Shown: positions 1-12,371 of the stretch, one piece after another
How the letters are laid out: every line of letters starts with the position of its first letter
Position numbering within the stretch: position 1 is the stretch's first letter
Assembly (NCBI GenBank): GCA_963811105.1
Contig: CAWEPZ010000013.1
Span: 160,001 to 224,000, forward strand
Reading direction: 5' to 3'
Origin: Candidatus Bathyarchaeota archaeon
Lineage (GTDB): Archaea > Thermoproteota > Bathyarchaeia > Bathyarchaeales > Bathycorpusculaceae
Length of the DNA stretch: 64,000 nucleotides
Position numbers and translations under genes: made by a program
Notes under the pieces: generated by a model
Databases searched by the model: none
Told to the model about the DNA's origin: nothing
The model's input: the letters and a program-made list of their open reading frames with translations, nothing else

Positions 1-3000
1 TCCTGTTCTCGCCACAACAAAAGAACATGAGGTGTAGTATACAGACCCCAGATGAAATACTGAAGCCGTAAGAGAATAGAAACAGGCAAAAAAACAGTAA
101 ATTGAGCCACATAGACTTTTCGTCGGCATGCAGGCGAGAAAAGACGGTGTTGCTTGTTGTGTAGCTCCACAAGAAAGCGCTGTTTGTGGCATCTAAACAA
201 TAAATCTTGCCATCCCCTGAGCCTAGTAGACTTTTCTGTCGGCGACTGCGGGAGAAGAGCGAACTGGACTGCCTGTTGTATAACTCCAGATAAAGGCGCC
301 AGAATTAGCATCTAAACAGTAAACCTTTTTGTCCGTTGAGCCTACGTAGACTTTTCCGTTTACAACTGCAGGAGAAGAATCAACAGTGTTGCCTGTTGTG
401 TAACTCCAGATAAAGGCACCAGTGGCGGCGTTTAGAGCATAAACTTTATCGTCAACTGAGCCTACGTAGACTTTTCCGTAGGCAACTGCAGGAGAAGAGT
501 AGACATAGTTGCCTGTTGTGTAGCTCCATATGAAGGCAACAGAATTAGCATCCAAACAGTAAACCTTGTTGTCGTAGGAACTCACGTAGACTTTGCCATC
601 TAGCGATCGCTGGAGAAGAACGGATAGAGTCGCCTGTTGTGTAACTCCATATGAAGGCACCGTTGATTGCATTCAGACAGTAGACTTTGTTGTCCCATGA
701 TCGAACGTAGACTTTACCGTCGGCAACAGCAGGAGAAGACCGAAATCCAGTTGCCTGTTGTGTAACTACATATGAAAGCGCCAGAATTAGCATCCAAACA
801 GTAAACCTTGTTGTCGTAGGAACCTACGTAGACTTTGCCATCTGCGATCGCAGGAGAAGACAAACCGCTCCGCCTGTTGTGTAACTCCAGAGGAGCGCAC
901 AGAAGTGGCATTCAAACAATAAACATTATTGTCGTTAGATCCCACGTATAGTTTGCCTTTGACAACTGCAGACGAAGAACCATAAGTGTTGCCTGTTGTG
1001 TACATCCATAGGGTGCTGTTGGTGTTTGGCGCTGTAGAGGTGGAGTAAGCGGTATGCTGCAGGTCATGGCGAAACATCGACCAGTAGTCGCTCGAGGCGG
1101 TCGAACTCAAAGTGAACTGTCCAACCCCCGAGTTTTCTCTGGCGAGCTTTACAACGATATAGAATTGCCCTGAAAGGGAAGGAGTATAGGTTATGTTCTC
1201 GAAGCCTCCGGTCGTGGCGGTTGTGCTTTTAGCAACTATAACGGGTTCACCGTAAGCGTTTCCTGTCGTATTGTAAAGGTACAGGTCGTAGTCCGCACCA
1301 GATGGAACACTAAGCGAAAAATTGTATTGAGCGCCCAGCAGCAAGCTGAACGTACCTAGCCCAAGCAAGTCTCTGACCTAGAACAGCTATATTCGTTAAG
1401 GTCGGCGGATTGCCCAAGCTCTCAGAAACGACAGTTCCGATCTGATACGATTTCAGAACAGCTTCCGCCGCTGCATCAACGTTCAGACGCCCATACTCTT
1501 CATGCACATCTTTCCCTCCACGATCAAGAGTTGGACTATAAGCTGAAGAGGGTTCTCGGAGATTCGGATAGGTCTCGGTAGCGGTCATCAAAAGAATAGT
1601 TTTGGGCATAAGAGCTCGGCTTCGAGTGTAGCTCCATGCGTTGTATCCCCCCATAGCTTGAACGATTATTTGTTCAGCACTCGCCACCATTGGCGCGGCC
1701 ATAGATGTTCCCTGCATTGGAGCTGAATCATTAACTTGAATTTCAGTGAATCCTCCTTCTGCATCGTTAGTGTTTGAGTCTGCACTAAAAAGCGGTACAC
1801 CTAAGAAGCTGCCTCCTGGAGCAGTAATATCAGGCTTTACCGTGTAACCTGTGCTATGTGAAGTTCCGCCTTGGCCGCTATAACTGGCTATAGAATCGAA
1901 TTGGTTCATCGCCGCACTGTGGTAACCTCATCAACTGAACCAGGCGTGTAAATGTAATTGCCGCCTGACCCGCTGTTACCTGCTGATACGACGGTAGCTA
2001 CTCCACTGTTTACGAGGTTGACCACGGCTGAGTCCATTGATGATTGTTCACTAGTGGAGCTTATGCTCATGCTGGCCACGGTTATATGGTAAGCAATTCT
2101 GTTCGCTATAACCCAGTTGATGCCGCTAATAAGTTGCGCACTTGTTCCTGAGCCTGCGTTATTAAGAACTTTGACTCCGACGAGTTTAGATTGGGGTGAC
2201 ATTCCAGTCCATGCTGAAAAGCCATCCGCTGGGGGCGTGTACGGCCAAGACATGTTAAACGCGACGTAGAGATTTCCCGTTCCAGATGTTACGTTTACTT
2301 CAGGGTGGTACATATCATAGCCGCCCGTTGGAGTCGAGGGTACAGTGTAAGTTAGGGTGTACCATGTGTTGGGATTGTTCGTGTTCACGCTAGCTACTTG
2401 CACTCCACGAGCCGGTGATGGTTTTGTCGCTATAATATAGCGGTATTGCATTGAGTCTTGCTGTACCTGTACTTGACCATTTCACACTTAGATTTATGTT
2501 GCCTGTCTTATTCACCATCATGCCCGTAATTAGCCAAGCTACCCGTAGGGGTTCCACAAGATTGGCACCCCAAGTGGCGATGGCGTTGCCAGAAGAGTCT
2601 TACTGAAGAAACCATCCCCTGCTGCAAGTGCCAGCAGTATGTGACCCGTGACCGTTATCATCAACCGGAGAAGTTGTGAATGTTACTTGGTCGTTCCACC
2701 CGACTATCTTTTTTTGGAAGTTTTGATCTCCGTAACCAGGCGCAAAATCAGGGTGCGACCCATCTATTCCTGTATCCAGTATTGCAATTGTCGAGTTTTT
2801 GTCTCCTTGAAGTCCCAGATTGTTCCATACATATGTTCTCGCGCCCACTTGTTTTGTTGCATACGCCAGACTGCTAGTGAAGTTTGCCCCTTTTTCAATC
2901 AGTAGCAGATCTGGGCACTGCTCGGCGAAAGCAGTTATTTCATTGTAGGGTATTCGGCCGCCAAATCCGTAGAGCGCGTAAGTCCAAGGTGTTGTGGTTA

Positions 3001-3322
3001 AGGTTCCACCGTTTGAGGCGAATGTGTTCGTGTCGCTTGCTGTTGGTTGGGTTTTTAGCATAACTATTACATCTACGTATTCTTGAGACAGATCGTCTGT
3101 GCTTCTTCGTGTGATAATTTCCTGATCTAGGTTGTCTGCGATTCCGTTATGGTTGGTGTCAATGTTTGGAGGAATGTTCATGGTCGGAATAAAATTTGGC
3201 GCAGAATCAACAATATCTGAAGAAGATAGGTTAGAAGTTGAGTCTGAGAAGACATTCTGAATTGGAAAAATAGTCAATAGAAGGATTCCCAAAATTAGCG
3301 ATACTATTAATTTTCGTATCAA
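1..3322 (-). CDS. Secreted S8 subtilisin-like protease with PPC-like domain, PQQ-type (BamB-like) propeller repeats and a Gly-rich C-terminal module; split by many frameshifts, runs off window start
   Basis: Signal peptide MIRKLIVSLILGILLL; catalytic motifs ILDTGID, HGSHTAG, VVSAGN, GTSMAAP; DYDLYLY PPC-like motif; repeated SSPAVADGKVYVGSxDxKVYCLDA. ORFs 2600-3322, 1906-2451, 1310-1909, 787-1368, 714-911, 545-793 and 223-672 join across 1-nt shifts. Confidence 0.85.
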
Positions 3323-3639
3323 GGAAATCGCCAGTGTCCTGATCTATTGTATTTTATTTATAAGGTTTTGCATGACTCTGTAAATGTAGTTGTTTTGATT
3401 TGTTGCTGAATATTTTAACTTGGCGAAGGGGCTTGACAACTATCAGTAAAGATATTTCCAATGAACGTAAAAGGTTAGAGCACATCTTCAGAAAAATTAC
3501 TTACCTCTTCAACATATGTACTAAGTAATGGACTTTGAGATAACCCTAAAGTCGTCTAGTTTGAAAGCTAGTTCTTTGTTGGTAGCATTAACTTGGCTGG
3601 ACTTTTGGATGGATACGGATGGCTCATCATGGACTTGCT

Positions 3640-5742
3640 TAATTAACGGTTGCTGCTGCTCCTTTTGCTCTTGGGCTGGGTTCTCTTATGATTACTGTTG
3701 GTGAAGATGTGTAGCCGCTGCCTGGATTCGTTAGTACTATTGCTATGATGACGCCTTGGGATACGCGTGCTACTGCTGTGGCTCCTGTTCCTTCGCCTCC
3801 TATCTAGAAAGATGTGTGGGGTTGTATAGCTGGTGCCTCCGGAAGTTACTGTCACTTTATTGAGGGAAATATTTGGCAGTGATGTTGCAGTATTCCAGTA
3901 TGGATTGTATCCGAGTTGTGCGAAAACAAACCAAGAAGTAGCTCCTACGTGTAATCTTGCACTGTAGGTCCAGGTAAACCCTGTAGAAACTAAATCGTGA
4001 GATGCAGCTACCAATCCTTTGCCGTTGGCGTTTTGAGCAGTTTGTTGAGCTTTGGTCAACTCGGAGAGAAACAAATTGGCGCCGGTAACATTCTTAGCCA
4101 TTTGGTATGCAGCAACCATGTGAGCTGTGCCTTCAAACCAGATACCATCTCTGTCGTTGTTGAAGTCAAATCCTTTGAACTCATCCGTCTGCAAATAGCA
4201 GTTGCGTTCGACCCACGTTAAGCCTTGTCCATACTTTGGCAAGTTTCCTAAAGCTAAAAGTCCCCAGGCTTGAATATCAGCGGGAATATTGGCCGTGTTC
4301 AAAGTAGTCCCATCTTCGGTTGTCCCTGTCCAAAAGTGACCACTTGCACCATCCCACATGGCTTCCACAAAGGTTTTTGCGTACAGAGCTCTTTCGCCCC
4401 ATGCTGATTGTCCGGTCAATTCGTAGAGTCTAAGGAAAGCAACGTAACAATCGATGTTGTGCTCTGTGGATTTCCATAATAGTTTTGTTTGGCCTTGAGG
4501 ATTGTTGACTGTTTGTTCCCATCCCTCATAGCCTCCTGTAAATCCTCCTGCGCCTCTTTGGTCTCTGCAATTAGTTTCAATCCATAGTCCCAACTTAACA
4601 GAAGTATTAAGGTACTTGCTGTTGTTAGTTTGTTCGTACAAAGAGAGAAGCGCTAATATTGACCACGCCATGTTGCCTGTATCTGTTCCAACAAACGATT
4701 TATCTTCAAACCAAAAGCCTTGAGAATCCCACCATCCTGAAGCTCTCGCTGTGTTAGTTTTTCCGTTAGGAGTCCAGCCTGGAAACAGTTTCAGATCGCC
4801 TCCTTGGTATGCGTTGCGTAGGCGTCCATCAGTAAAGAAGCGGTCGTTGTTTGCGGCGTAGACTAGCGCATCTCCAATCAATCGGGCATTGTTTACGTTA
4901 TCTTGTGTGGGGCTGGATAAGAATGCGAGTAAGGCCAAGGCGTTATCGTAAATGAAGGCTGTGTTTTTGAGAACTGGTTCGTCTGTGGGTAGAAGCTCAT
5001 AGCTGACCATCAATCTTGGATCATTTAAAAGTGATTTATCGTAGCTAATATCATCTAAGTAGAAGGTTATTGGTAGGTTACTGTTTTGTATTGCATTAGT
5101 TGCCCATCCAAAACCTCCTAGAACATAACTCAGGTCTCGTCCTGCCAGAGATAGCGTGTATTTTGTCCACGTCGTAGTTAGAGTTTTGAATCCTAGAGAT
5201 GTTTTGGGTGAGGAATCAGGAAAAGCAGCAATGGGCAATCCTGTGTTTGCGTCCCGCCCTACTCCGAAAGCAAAGAATTCCACGCTTTCGCCTCCGTTTT
5301 GTCCCTTTGCGTAGAAAGTTAGTGTCGTGGCGCCTGTGAGATTAAATCCGGCGTTTGGGTATATTCCCCAGTTTGCTTTCGGTTGTGTTTCGTCTCCCTG
5401 CAAAACTCCATTCATAAGGTACCAACCGCCCCAGCTTGTGCCTATGCCTGTAAACTTGTTTTCTATGCAAGTAGTTCCTCGATACGGATTGGTGACGCAA
5501 TTCAAGTTAATCTCTACGTCGTTTTCCATCTTGGCTGGAAGAACAAAGTGGTTTCCAGCAGCTGAAGAATCTGTGTAAACATCAAAACTAGTGTGATACT
5601 TATCCAATACTTCTTTTAAGTATTCTAATGCGGGCACAGAACCTGTGTCAGCTTTTACACTTTGCAAATGTGAGATGAATACTGGAGAAATAAGAATAAG
5701 TGACAAGAAAACAATTAAGAAAATAGATGAATATTTTTTCAA
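3640..5742 (-). CDS. Secreted glycan-active protein: CBM/galactose-binding-like domain, putative alpha/alpha-barrel glycoside hydrolase domain, C-terminal Gly-rich module (frameshift near 3803)
   Basis: Signal peptide; [16 protein letters not shown]...FYLDDI jelly-roll motif; [25 protein letters not shown] motifs; the +1 frame continues [39 protein letters not shown]...TVN*. Confidence 0.65.
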
Positions 5743-6078
5743 TTTCGCCTCTCCTATTGTTAAATTTGAGTTCTAGATATATATAAAAATTCTTAAGACA
5801 TATTAGACTGGGAAGCAAAGACTCTTGTATTGGAATTTTCGGTGGCTTTGGACAGGTTTGTGAGGTTTTTCTCTGTATTTACGTTTGGTTTAGGGTTTAA
5901 CTGTTTTTCTTTTTTGAGTTAGTTTGTAATGCTTAATTGTTTCAATTATTGCAGAGAATGGGTTGCAATTGGACAGCAGCAACAACTTCTTTCTTCTTCT
6001 GTTGATTTGGGTTATCATCGGTGTCAACATTAGCAAGTTTTAAAATGGTCTATCGTCACACTGAATAGTGGTGGGATA

Positions 6079-6325
6079 ATGGATCAAATTACTCTCAAAG
6101 TAGATTCAAAGGGCAGACTGTACATTCCAGCAGAAATCAGAGAAGAAATCGGAAACGCCGCTACCCTAAAAAAAAACTTCCGAAGGCTACCTTTTAGTCC
6201 CAGGCAAACAAGAGGATTTTTTGAAAGAATTCGAGAGAGTAGTTACATCAAAACATGGAAGGACAGGAAAACCGGAAAATTGGTCCCCTGAAAAAATGAA
6301 GTCAATGTGGAGCCAAACTAAATGA
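6079..6325 (+). CDS. AbrB/MazE/SpoVT-family antitoxin (frameshift in poly-A near 6170)
   Basis: KVDSKGRLYIPAEIRE AbrB motif; shifted frame continues ...GKPENWSPEKMKSMWSQTK*, stop overlaps next ATG (ATGA). Confidence 0.75.
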
Positions 6326-6757
6326 TCATAGGCTTAGACGCCAACATCATCTGTTATGCCTTGGACGAAGAATACCCCGAAAATAAAAAAGCCGGCAAAT
6401 TGATTCTTAACTTATCTACTGAAAACAAAATTGCCCTAAACCCAACAACCCTCTATGAAACGTACCATACTCTTGTTTTTGGGCAGAAATAGATTCCGCA
6501 AGACGCGGTTAAGACGTTAAAAATGTTGCTAAAGCATCCCTTACATTGAATTCTTTAATCAAACAATGAAAAACAGCATTATTGCCTTAAACTTATCAGT
6601 TCAGCTTGGGCTAGAGGGAAGAGACGCGCTCATAATAGCCAATTTTTTAGCAAACAAGATCCCTACGATGTATACTCATGATAGAGAACTTGTGAAGCTT
6701 GAGAAAATTTCATGGAAAAACTCCCATCTTACCCTCGAAAACCCTCTAATCAAGTAA
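6322..6757 (+). pseudogene. vapC: PIN-domain (VapC-like) toxin, disrupted
   Basis: IGLDANIICY...ETYH...RDALIIA...THDREL; in-frame TAG at 6490-6492 plus frameshift near 6540. Confidence 0.75.
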
Positions 6758-7032
6758 ACCACTGATCCTTAATCTTCAGTAAAGCAGATTTTTCGCACAA
6801 AACAACATCAAAATCTAGAGGTTCTAGCGAGGCAAATTTTGCTGACTTTGAGTGTTTAGAATCTCAAGATAAGCTTCTTCGTAAGCCTGTGCAACGACAC
6901 TGCAACGTTCTTTTTGGGCAAGTTTTAGGTTCTGTTTGCACATGTTGGCTGTTGCTTCCTTGTTATTTGAGAATCTTTTGGATCATATCTTTCAACGGCC
7001 TGAAAATAGAGTGTAATATTGTCAATCGATTG

Positions 7033-8562
7033 TTACAATGTTGGATCGTATAAGTAAATTGCGATTTCTCCGCTGTGATAAACTTCTTTAAATAAGGATG
7101 ATACTGTTGGTTGTCCGTACCAGCCTGTTCCATTTACCCACCAAATCAGGTATATTTTGCCTTGCTCTTGTTGAGTAACAATCTTTGCTGCATTTACGGG
7201 GTTATCATATTCATAAAGAATAATTTGAGTGACATTTGCTGTTAACATTGCCCAGCCATAGAAAGCTCGGTGTGTGAGCAGAAGTGCGCTACTATCTACG
7301 CTATTCTTGAACCATTGCAGAGTGTTAACAGTGTCGGCGCAATCGGTCTTGGGTACAGTGTTCTGGAGCATTGAAGACGGGATCTGATAAATGTAGCTAT
7401 TGACGGGCTGGCCAAAGTAGGGAAAAGGGTTTTCCGGCGGCATCAACATAAAACCCAAACTTAAAACTGAAACCATCAAAACCAAGTAAATTATGCCAAT
7501 TCGGCGTAAATTGAAGCTGAGACGCTTCCAAGAGACAGATTTGAGCCGACTCAGAGTCTCAATGGTACAAAACGCCAAAGGATATGTGAGCATTAATACC
7601 CAGCGAAGATTGCTCGGGCTAACCATCGGAACAAACAACAGAATTAAACTCACTAAGATCCAACTTCTTAGCTGAAAATTCTTAAGACGCCAAATACCCC
7701 ATAGCAAGAAGGGTAAAAGAGGCAAGAAACAATAAAAAAAGAAACCCGTTTCGCTAAAAAGCATTGCCGGGTAAGATGAAAAACCAAAAAGAGCAAGCCA
7801 CCCATCATTGGCGTTAGAAAAACCGAATATTAAACGGAACTCCGATACCGAAGTAAACAAAAAAAGTACCGCCAAGAAAAGCAGCACTGCGGGCAAAACA
7901 GCTAAGACCAAACGAATAGATTTTGCCTGCTCTTTTCGAAGCAACTTATAACCGATCGTAAACGCAAACACGCCCAACATAATGATGGATACAAGTTGAT
8001 GCGATAAAATCACAGCCACCATCGACAAAGAAATTAAGGCATAAAGTTTCCGTGAATACCCATGACGCTCGCCTATGCTATACAGAGTCAAAACTACAAA
8101 AAAGAACACGAAACCAAGCATATTTCTAAGCGAATCCATCGAAACCCGTAAAGCTACAAAATACAAAGTTCCCAAAAGTGCCACAGCAACACTTTTCTTA
8201 GGCGACCACCCTAAACCTTTCTGAGCATACCCGTAAATCGACAAGCCTAAAAATCCTTCAAACGCCACTGAAACGACTTTAAGAACCATTATGAGAGAAC
8301 CGCCGAATGAAACCAACGAAATAATTATTGAATAGAACAAAGGTGCAGTCCCGATAAAACTTAGAAAAGCCACGTTTCCTTTTAGCAACAGTAGAGTGGT
8401 AGGTACATAATGACCCATTGTGTCGAACCCGACGGGGTAAGGCCCCATCAAGACTTCAGGAACGGCTCTCAGCAAGAGGGGAACGACGAATGCGAGGAAA
8501 GGAAACACATTTCTTCTTGAAAACAGACGGCGAATTCTTCCCGATTTTTCTGAACTAATCAT
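7033..8562 (-). CDS. Multi-pass membrane protein, probable GT-C-fold glycosyltransferase
   Basis: About 12 hydrophobic segments; first loop YPVGFDTMGHY; soluble C-terminal domain. Confidence 0.55.
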   Translation of the reverse strand: MISSEKSGRIRRLFSRRNVFPFLAFVVPLLLRAVPEVLMGPYPVGFDTMGHYVPTTLLLLKGNVAFLSFIGTAPLFYSIIISLVSFGGSLIMVLKVVSVAFEGFLGLSIYGYAQKGLGWSPKKSVAVALLGTLYFVALRVSMDSLRNMLGFVFFFVVLTLYSIGERHGYSRKLYALISLSMVAVILSHQLVSIIMLGVFAFTIGYKLLRKEQAKSIRLVLAVLPAVLLFLAVLFLFTSVSEFRLIFGFSNANDGWLALFGFSSYPAMLFSETGFFFYCFLPLLPFLLWGIWRLKNFQLRSWILVSLILLFVPMVSPSNLRWVLMLTYPLAFCTIETLSRLKSVSWKRLSFNLRRIGIIYLVLMVSVLSLGFMLMPPENPFPYFGQPVNSYIYQIPSSMLQNTVPKTDCADTVNTLQWFKNSVDSSALLLTHRAFYGWAMLTANVTQIILYEYDNPVNAAKIVTQQEQGKIYLIWWVNGTGWYGQPTVSSLFKEVYHSGEIAIYLYDPTL

Positions 8563-8635
8563 TCAGTTGGTCCTCAGCAACTTGCTTGACAAAAAATTGA
8601 GTGGAGGAAGCAAAAAAGAGAGACATCCACCTTTC

Positions 8636-10187
8636 TTAACTATTTTCGAGACTGCCAACGCCGATATGCGCTAAATGAAATTGCGGTACTCTAAAAGACC
8701 GCACGTAAAATCGAGACAAAACACCGGATTTTCCTATTTTTTCTCTTATAAAACTAATTATGGGTAGAATAAAGCGAGTGAAGCCAACAATGATGAGTAC
8801 CGTGATAAATACTATGACATACCAACTTGACAGTTGATCTGAAAGAGTGGGACCAGCTGAGGTACTTGGAGTTGGCGTGGAGCTCGTCGTAGGAATCAGC
8901 GTGGGAGAAGCTGTTGGGCTACCCGAAGCAGGAGTAGGCGTAGGTGTTGAGGTAGGGTTGCCGGGTGCAGGGGTAGAAGTTGGGGTAGGAGTTGGAGTGG
9001 GACTTTGTAAGTTGCTAATTGCATATTGCGCTGCTTCAATTATCATTCCATTGGTTTTGTCAATGTCGGTTGTGACAACGCGTCCGTTCTCATCGATACC
9101 GTCAGAGTATCCGCTTGATGGATTAGGTAGATGAGACTCAACATACGAAACCATATTTTCAGTAAAAGGAGTATCATGCATCGCAAGCAAACCAACTGCA
9201 GATTTGAAATAAATAATTGGTGTGATTCCAACTTTGTCCTTGTTCACATTCTCTATGGTCCAAGTTGAACCGTCCTCCTTTACAATCCACTCGTAAACAT
9301 ATGAAGGATTGTCCAAACCTGTATTTCCTTCGCTAAAGGCTGCAAACTTGCCTGTAGTTGTTGTATCTAGCTTCATGAGCGAAATACACTTGCTCAGCCA
9401 AACCATTCAGCTTACCATTAGGGGCAAGATTAAAAACAGAAAGAAGCAAAGGTTCACACATTAATTTTGAAGTAGGTAGCGTTACGCCATAGGTGGAAAT
9501 AGTAGGTGCTGACACAATATTGTTTAATATTGAGCTAGCCAAAGTTGAGAACCGGCTTGGCCAAAAACCGGCGAAGGCACTTGCAACATAGTAATCATAG
9601 AGGTTCTTTGAATTTGTTAGAGCGTCAATTGCCTGTTCCAACGGAGCATAGTTAGTTCGATTATACACAATGGAGTTGATGGTCTCTGCCAATTCAGGCC
9701 TAAAAACTCTCAGATTGTTAAGAGCTGCCAGCAACTCTCCAGCATCGGCAGCGTTTTGCTGGTCAGCGACATATGGATTCCCATTAGCAGATTGGTACCA
9801 TTCATAAGGCAAGCCATTAGATGCAAGCTGACGAATTTGAAGGAACGTCAATATCTTGTTGAATCTCGCATCCGCTCCCCAAGTGCCACCTGCGCTTAAA
9901 ATTCCTAGACGGTTAACAGCGATTATTGATTGAATGTAAACTCCCAAATCCCAATCGGTAAAATAAGGATAACCCAAACCAGCACCGTGGAGCCCCGTTA
10001 TGGAATCTACCGCAACCCCAGGCTGGAAATATTTCCAGGCGTTATTCGCCAAACGTAACCAATATGCCTGATCAACCACCAAACTATTTTGTTGACCTTC
10101 GGTTATGGGTACCAACGATTGAGTGATCCCGGACAGAAACATAAAGATGAGTAAAACCGCAACAACGTGCTTCGCTTTAACTTTCAT
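8636..10187 (-). CDS. Secreted DUF3131-like glycoside hydrolase/transglycosylase with Pro/Thr/Ser linker and TM anchor (frameshift near 9358)
   Basis: AWKYFQ...TGL...FTDWDLGVYIQSIIAV..LGIL and LPYxWY motifs; PTPTPTPT linker; hydrophobic WYVIVFITVLIIVGF. Confidence 0.65.
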
Positions 10188-10456
10188 AGATAAACCCTCG
10201 GTACACCAGACAAAAGGTTAGAAACCGTGAAGCGCAAGATAAATCTTTTTGGAAGCCTCTGCATTTATTCATTATATGCTTGCAAGGAGCACAATGGCAA
10301 CACGGTGGTGGTAAGTAACTTGGATATTTTTGTATTGGCCTTCTCTGGCCGGATACATCTGGCTGGTTCTAATGCATCAAAAGCTACTTTTGAGGGCTAA
10401 ATCTAAAACAGTTTTACCAAAATCCTTTTTTGGTTTCTTTTGCATAGTACGCAACA

Positions 10457-11602
10457 GTGGAGTGTCTAAAAATAAAAATTGTCTTCGTCACCAATTATCC
10501 ACCAAGACGTGGCAGATTATCCGAGTATGCTCTTAACTTAATAGATGAGCTCCAAAAATGTCCCAGCGTGAGCCACATTGACATAATCACTGAAGTATCT
10601 TCTAATGAAGTTACTCGAATAAGTGACAAAGTAACTCTGCATCCGGTATGGAAATCAGACAGCCCCTTATCATTCATTTTAATTCTTAAAAAAATAATTG
10701 CCCTTAAACCCGACATAGTTCATTTTAATATACACATGGCAGTTTTCGGGCAGTCTAGAATATCCAACTTCGTAGGGCTTTCCTTGCCCTTCCTGTCCAT
10801 GATAATAGGTTTTAAGACTATTGTCACCATGCACAACTTTGTTGATAAAATTGACATAAAGAAAACGGGTTTCAAGGACACTTTTATCAATAGATTAAGC
10901 GCTTTCTTGGTCACTAAACTAATCGCATCGAGTTCAGCCGTCACTTTAACCATGAAATCCCACACTGATTTTTTCAACAAAAGATATCACTGCAAAAAGG
11001 CAGTAACAATTCCGCATGGAACCTGGAATAACAGTTCCTATACCCAAGAGCAGGTTTGCGAGAAGGACTCGATATTATACATAGGACATTCAGGACCGTC
11101 CAAAGACATAAATCTACTTTTTGATACGTTCAACATTCTTGAGAGAAAACATCGAGGATTAAAACTAATTGTTGCAGGAACGTCCCACCCGAACCACCCA
11201 CATTATCTCGATAAATATAGAAAAAACGCAGATAACGTATTTTTCACTGGATACGTTCCTGAGGATCAACTTCAAGCTCTATTTGAAAAAGCAAACGCTG
11301 TCATTCTTCCCTACCACACATGCACTGGTACAAGCGGAATTGCCCATTTAGCAAGTTCCTTTGGCACACCAATAGTGGCAACAGATCTTCCCGAATTCAG
11401 AGAACTGACGAAAGAAGGATGCGGTTTATTAGTTAGTGCACATAACCCGCAAGCTTTAGCTTCAAGAGTTGAAGAAATCATCGATAATCCTCGCCTTGCA
11501 CTTGAATTAAAAGAACGCAACATTACTTTCGCCGCTTCAAGATCATGGAACATCGTTGCGGAGCACTTTTGCTCCTTATATGAAGAATTGTTGGGAAGGT
11601 AG
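10457..11602 (+). CDS. Glycosyltransferase family 4
   Basis: YPPRRG, IPHG, GYVPE, ILPY...SGIAHLASSFGTPIVATD GT-B motifs. Confidence 0.9.
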   Translation: MECLKIKIVFVTNYPPRRGRLSEYALNLIDELQKCPSVSHIDIITEVSSNEVTRISDKVTLHPVWKSDSPLSFILILKKIIALKPDIVHFNIHMAVFGQSRISNFVGLSLPFLSMIIGFKTIVTMHNFVDKIDIKKTGFKDTFINRLSAFLVTKLIASSSAVTLTMKSHTDFFNKRYHCKKAVTIPHGTWNNSSYTQEQVCEKDSILYIGHSGPSKDINLLFDTFNILERKHRGLKLIVAGTSHPNHPHYLDKYRKNADNVFFTGYVPEDQLQALFEKANAVILPYHTCTGTSGIAHLASSFGTPIVATDLPEFRELTKEGCGLLVSAHNPQALASRVEEIIDNPRLALELKERNITFAASRSWNIVAEHFCSLYEELLGR

Positions 11603-11903
11603 AAGAATCAAGGTATTCTTAGTTGCTCCTGAAGATCAACCTGTAATCATAGGTGGTGGGGGAATCGTCTGAAAACTTATCCGGGCAAAAGGGGAAGTTG
11701 GTCGCTCATCAATTAGCGCTTAAATTCCTTACTTAAGTTACTTGCCAAAATTGTTTGCTGATTGTGGGAACCACAATAAAGCGTTAACTAACTTATGTTT
11801 CAGGGTTTGGAACTAAAATTTTACTCTTTTGTAAGTATTGCTGCTAAGCGAATTGAAGAGGTTATCGTGTTTGATTAAGACAGGTTTTGAGTTTGTCACA
11901 AAT

Positions 11904-12081
11904 ATGGATGGCGTTAAGTTGTTCCGAAAACCTAAATGGGTTTTATTTTTTCTTTTTTTTGTTTTTTTGATCTTAGTCACGTCTTTAGCAAAGGCTTCCT
12001 CAACAACCAATGAAACCGGGCGGAGCATATTACGACGGGGTACGTTTGAACGCTCAGCTCACAGTTTGGGGAATTACTTAG
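11904..12081 (+). pseudogene. Signal peptide joined directly to the last strand pair of the propeller (internally deleted gene or mini-ORF)
   Basis: MDGVKLFRKPKWVLFFLFFVFLILVTSLAKASSTTNET then, after one extra G, GGAYYDGVRLNAQLTVWGIT* (12019-12081). Confidence 0.65.
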
Positions 12082-12371
12082 AAAGACCTAACCGCCCCCG
12101 CAAATTAGTTTGGCAATCAAGGCTGAATATTAAAATGTGATTGTAGGCACCAGGATTCTTAAATTAAATCACAGGAAATACCTAAAGAGGCAACGGGAGG
12201 GGATCCTAGCCCCATTCTACCAGTAAAAAGTTGATGAAAGTGAGCCCTGATCGGACTTACCGAAAATAGTCTGAGCCCCGTCTCTAACATTTTAATATTT
12301 ACCTGAACATTTTGTAGGAAAGGCAGCAAAGAGTCAACTATATACTTTGCTAAAGTGTTCGTTGTCTGACT

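Noticed and set aside
6490-6492. In-frame TAG as pyrrolysine readthrough (also in the integrase remnant)
   Set aside because: Both genes carry further lesions and no pyl genes are present in the window
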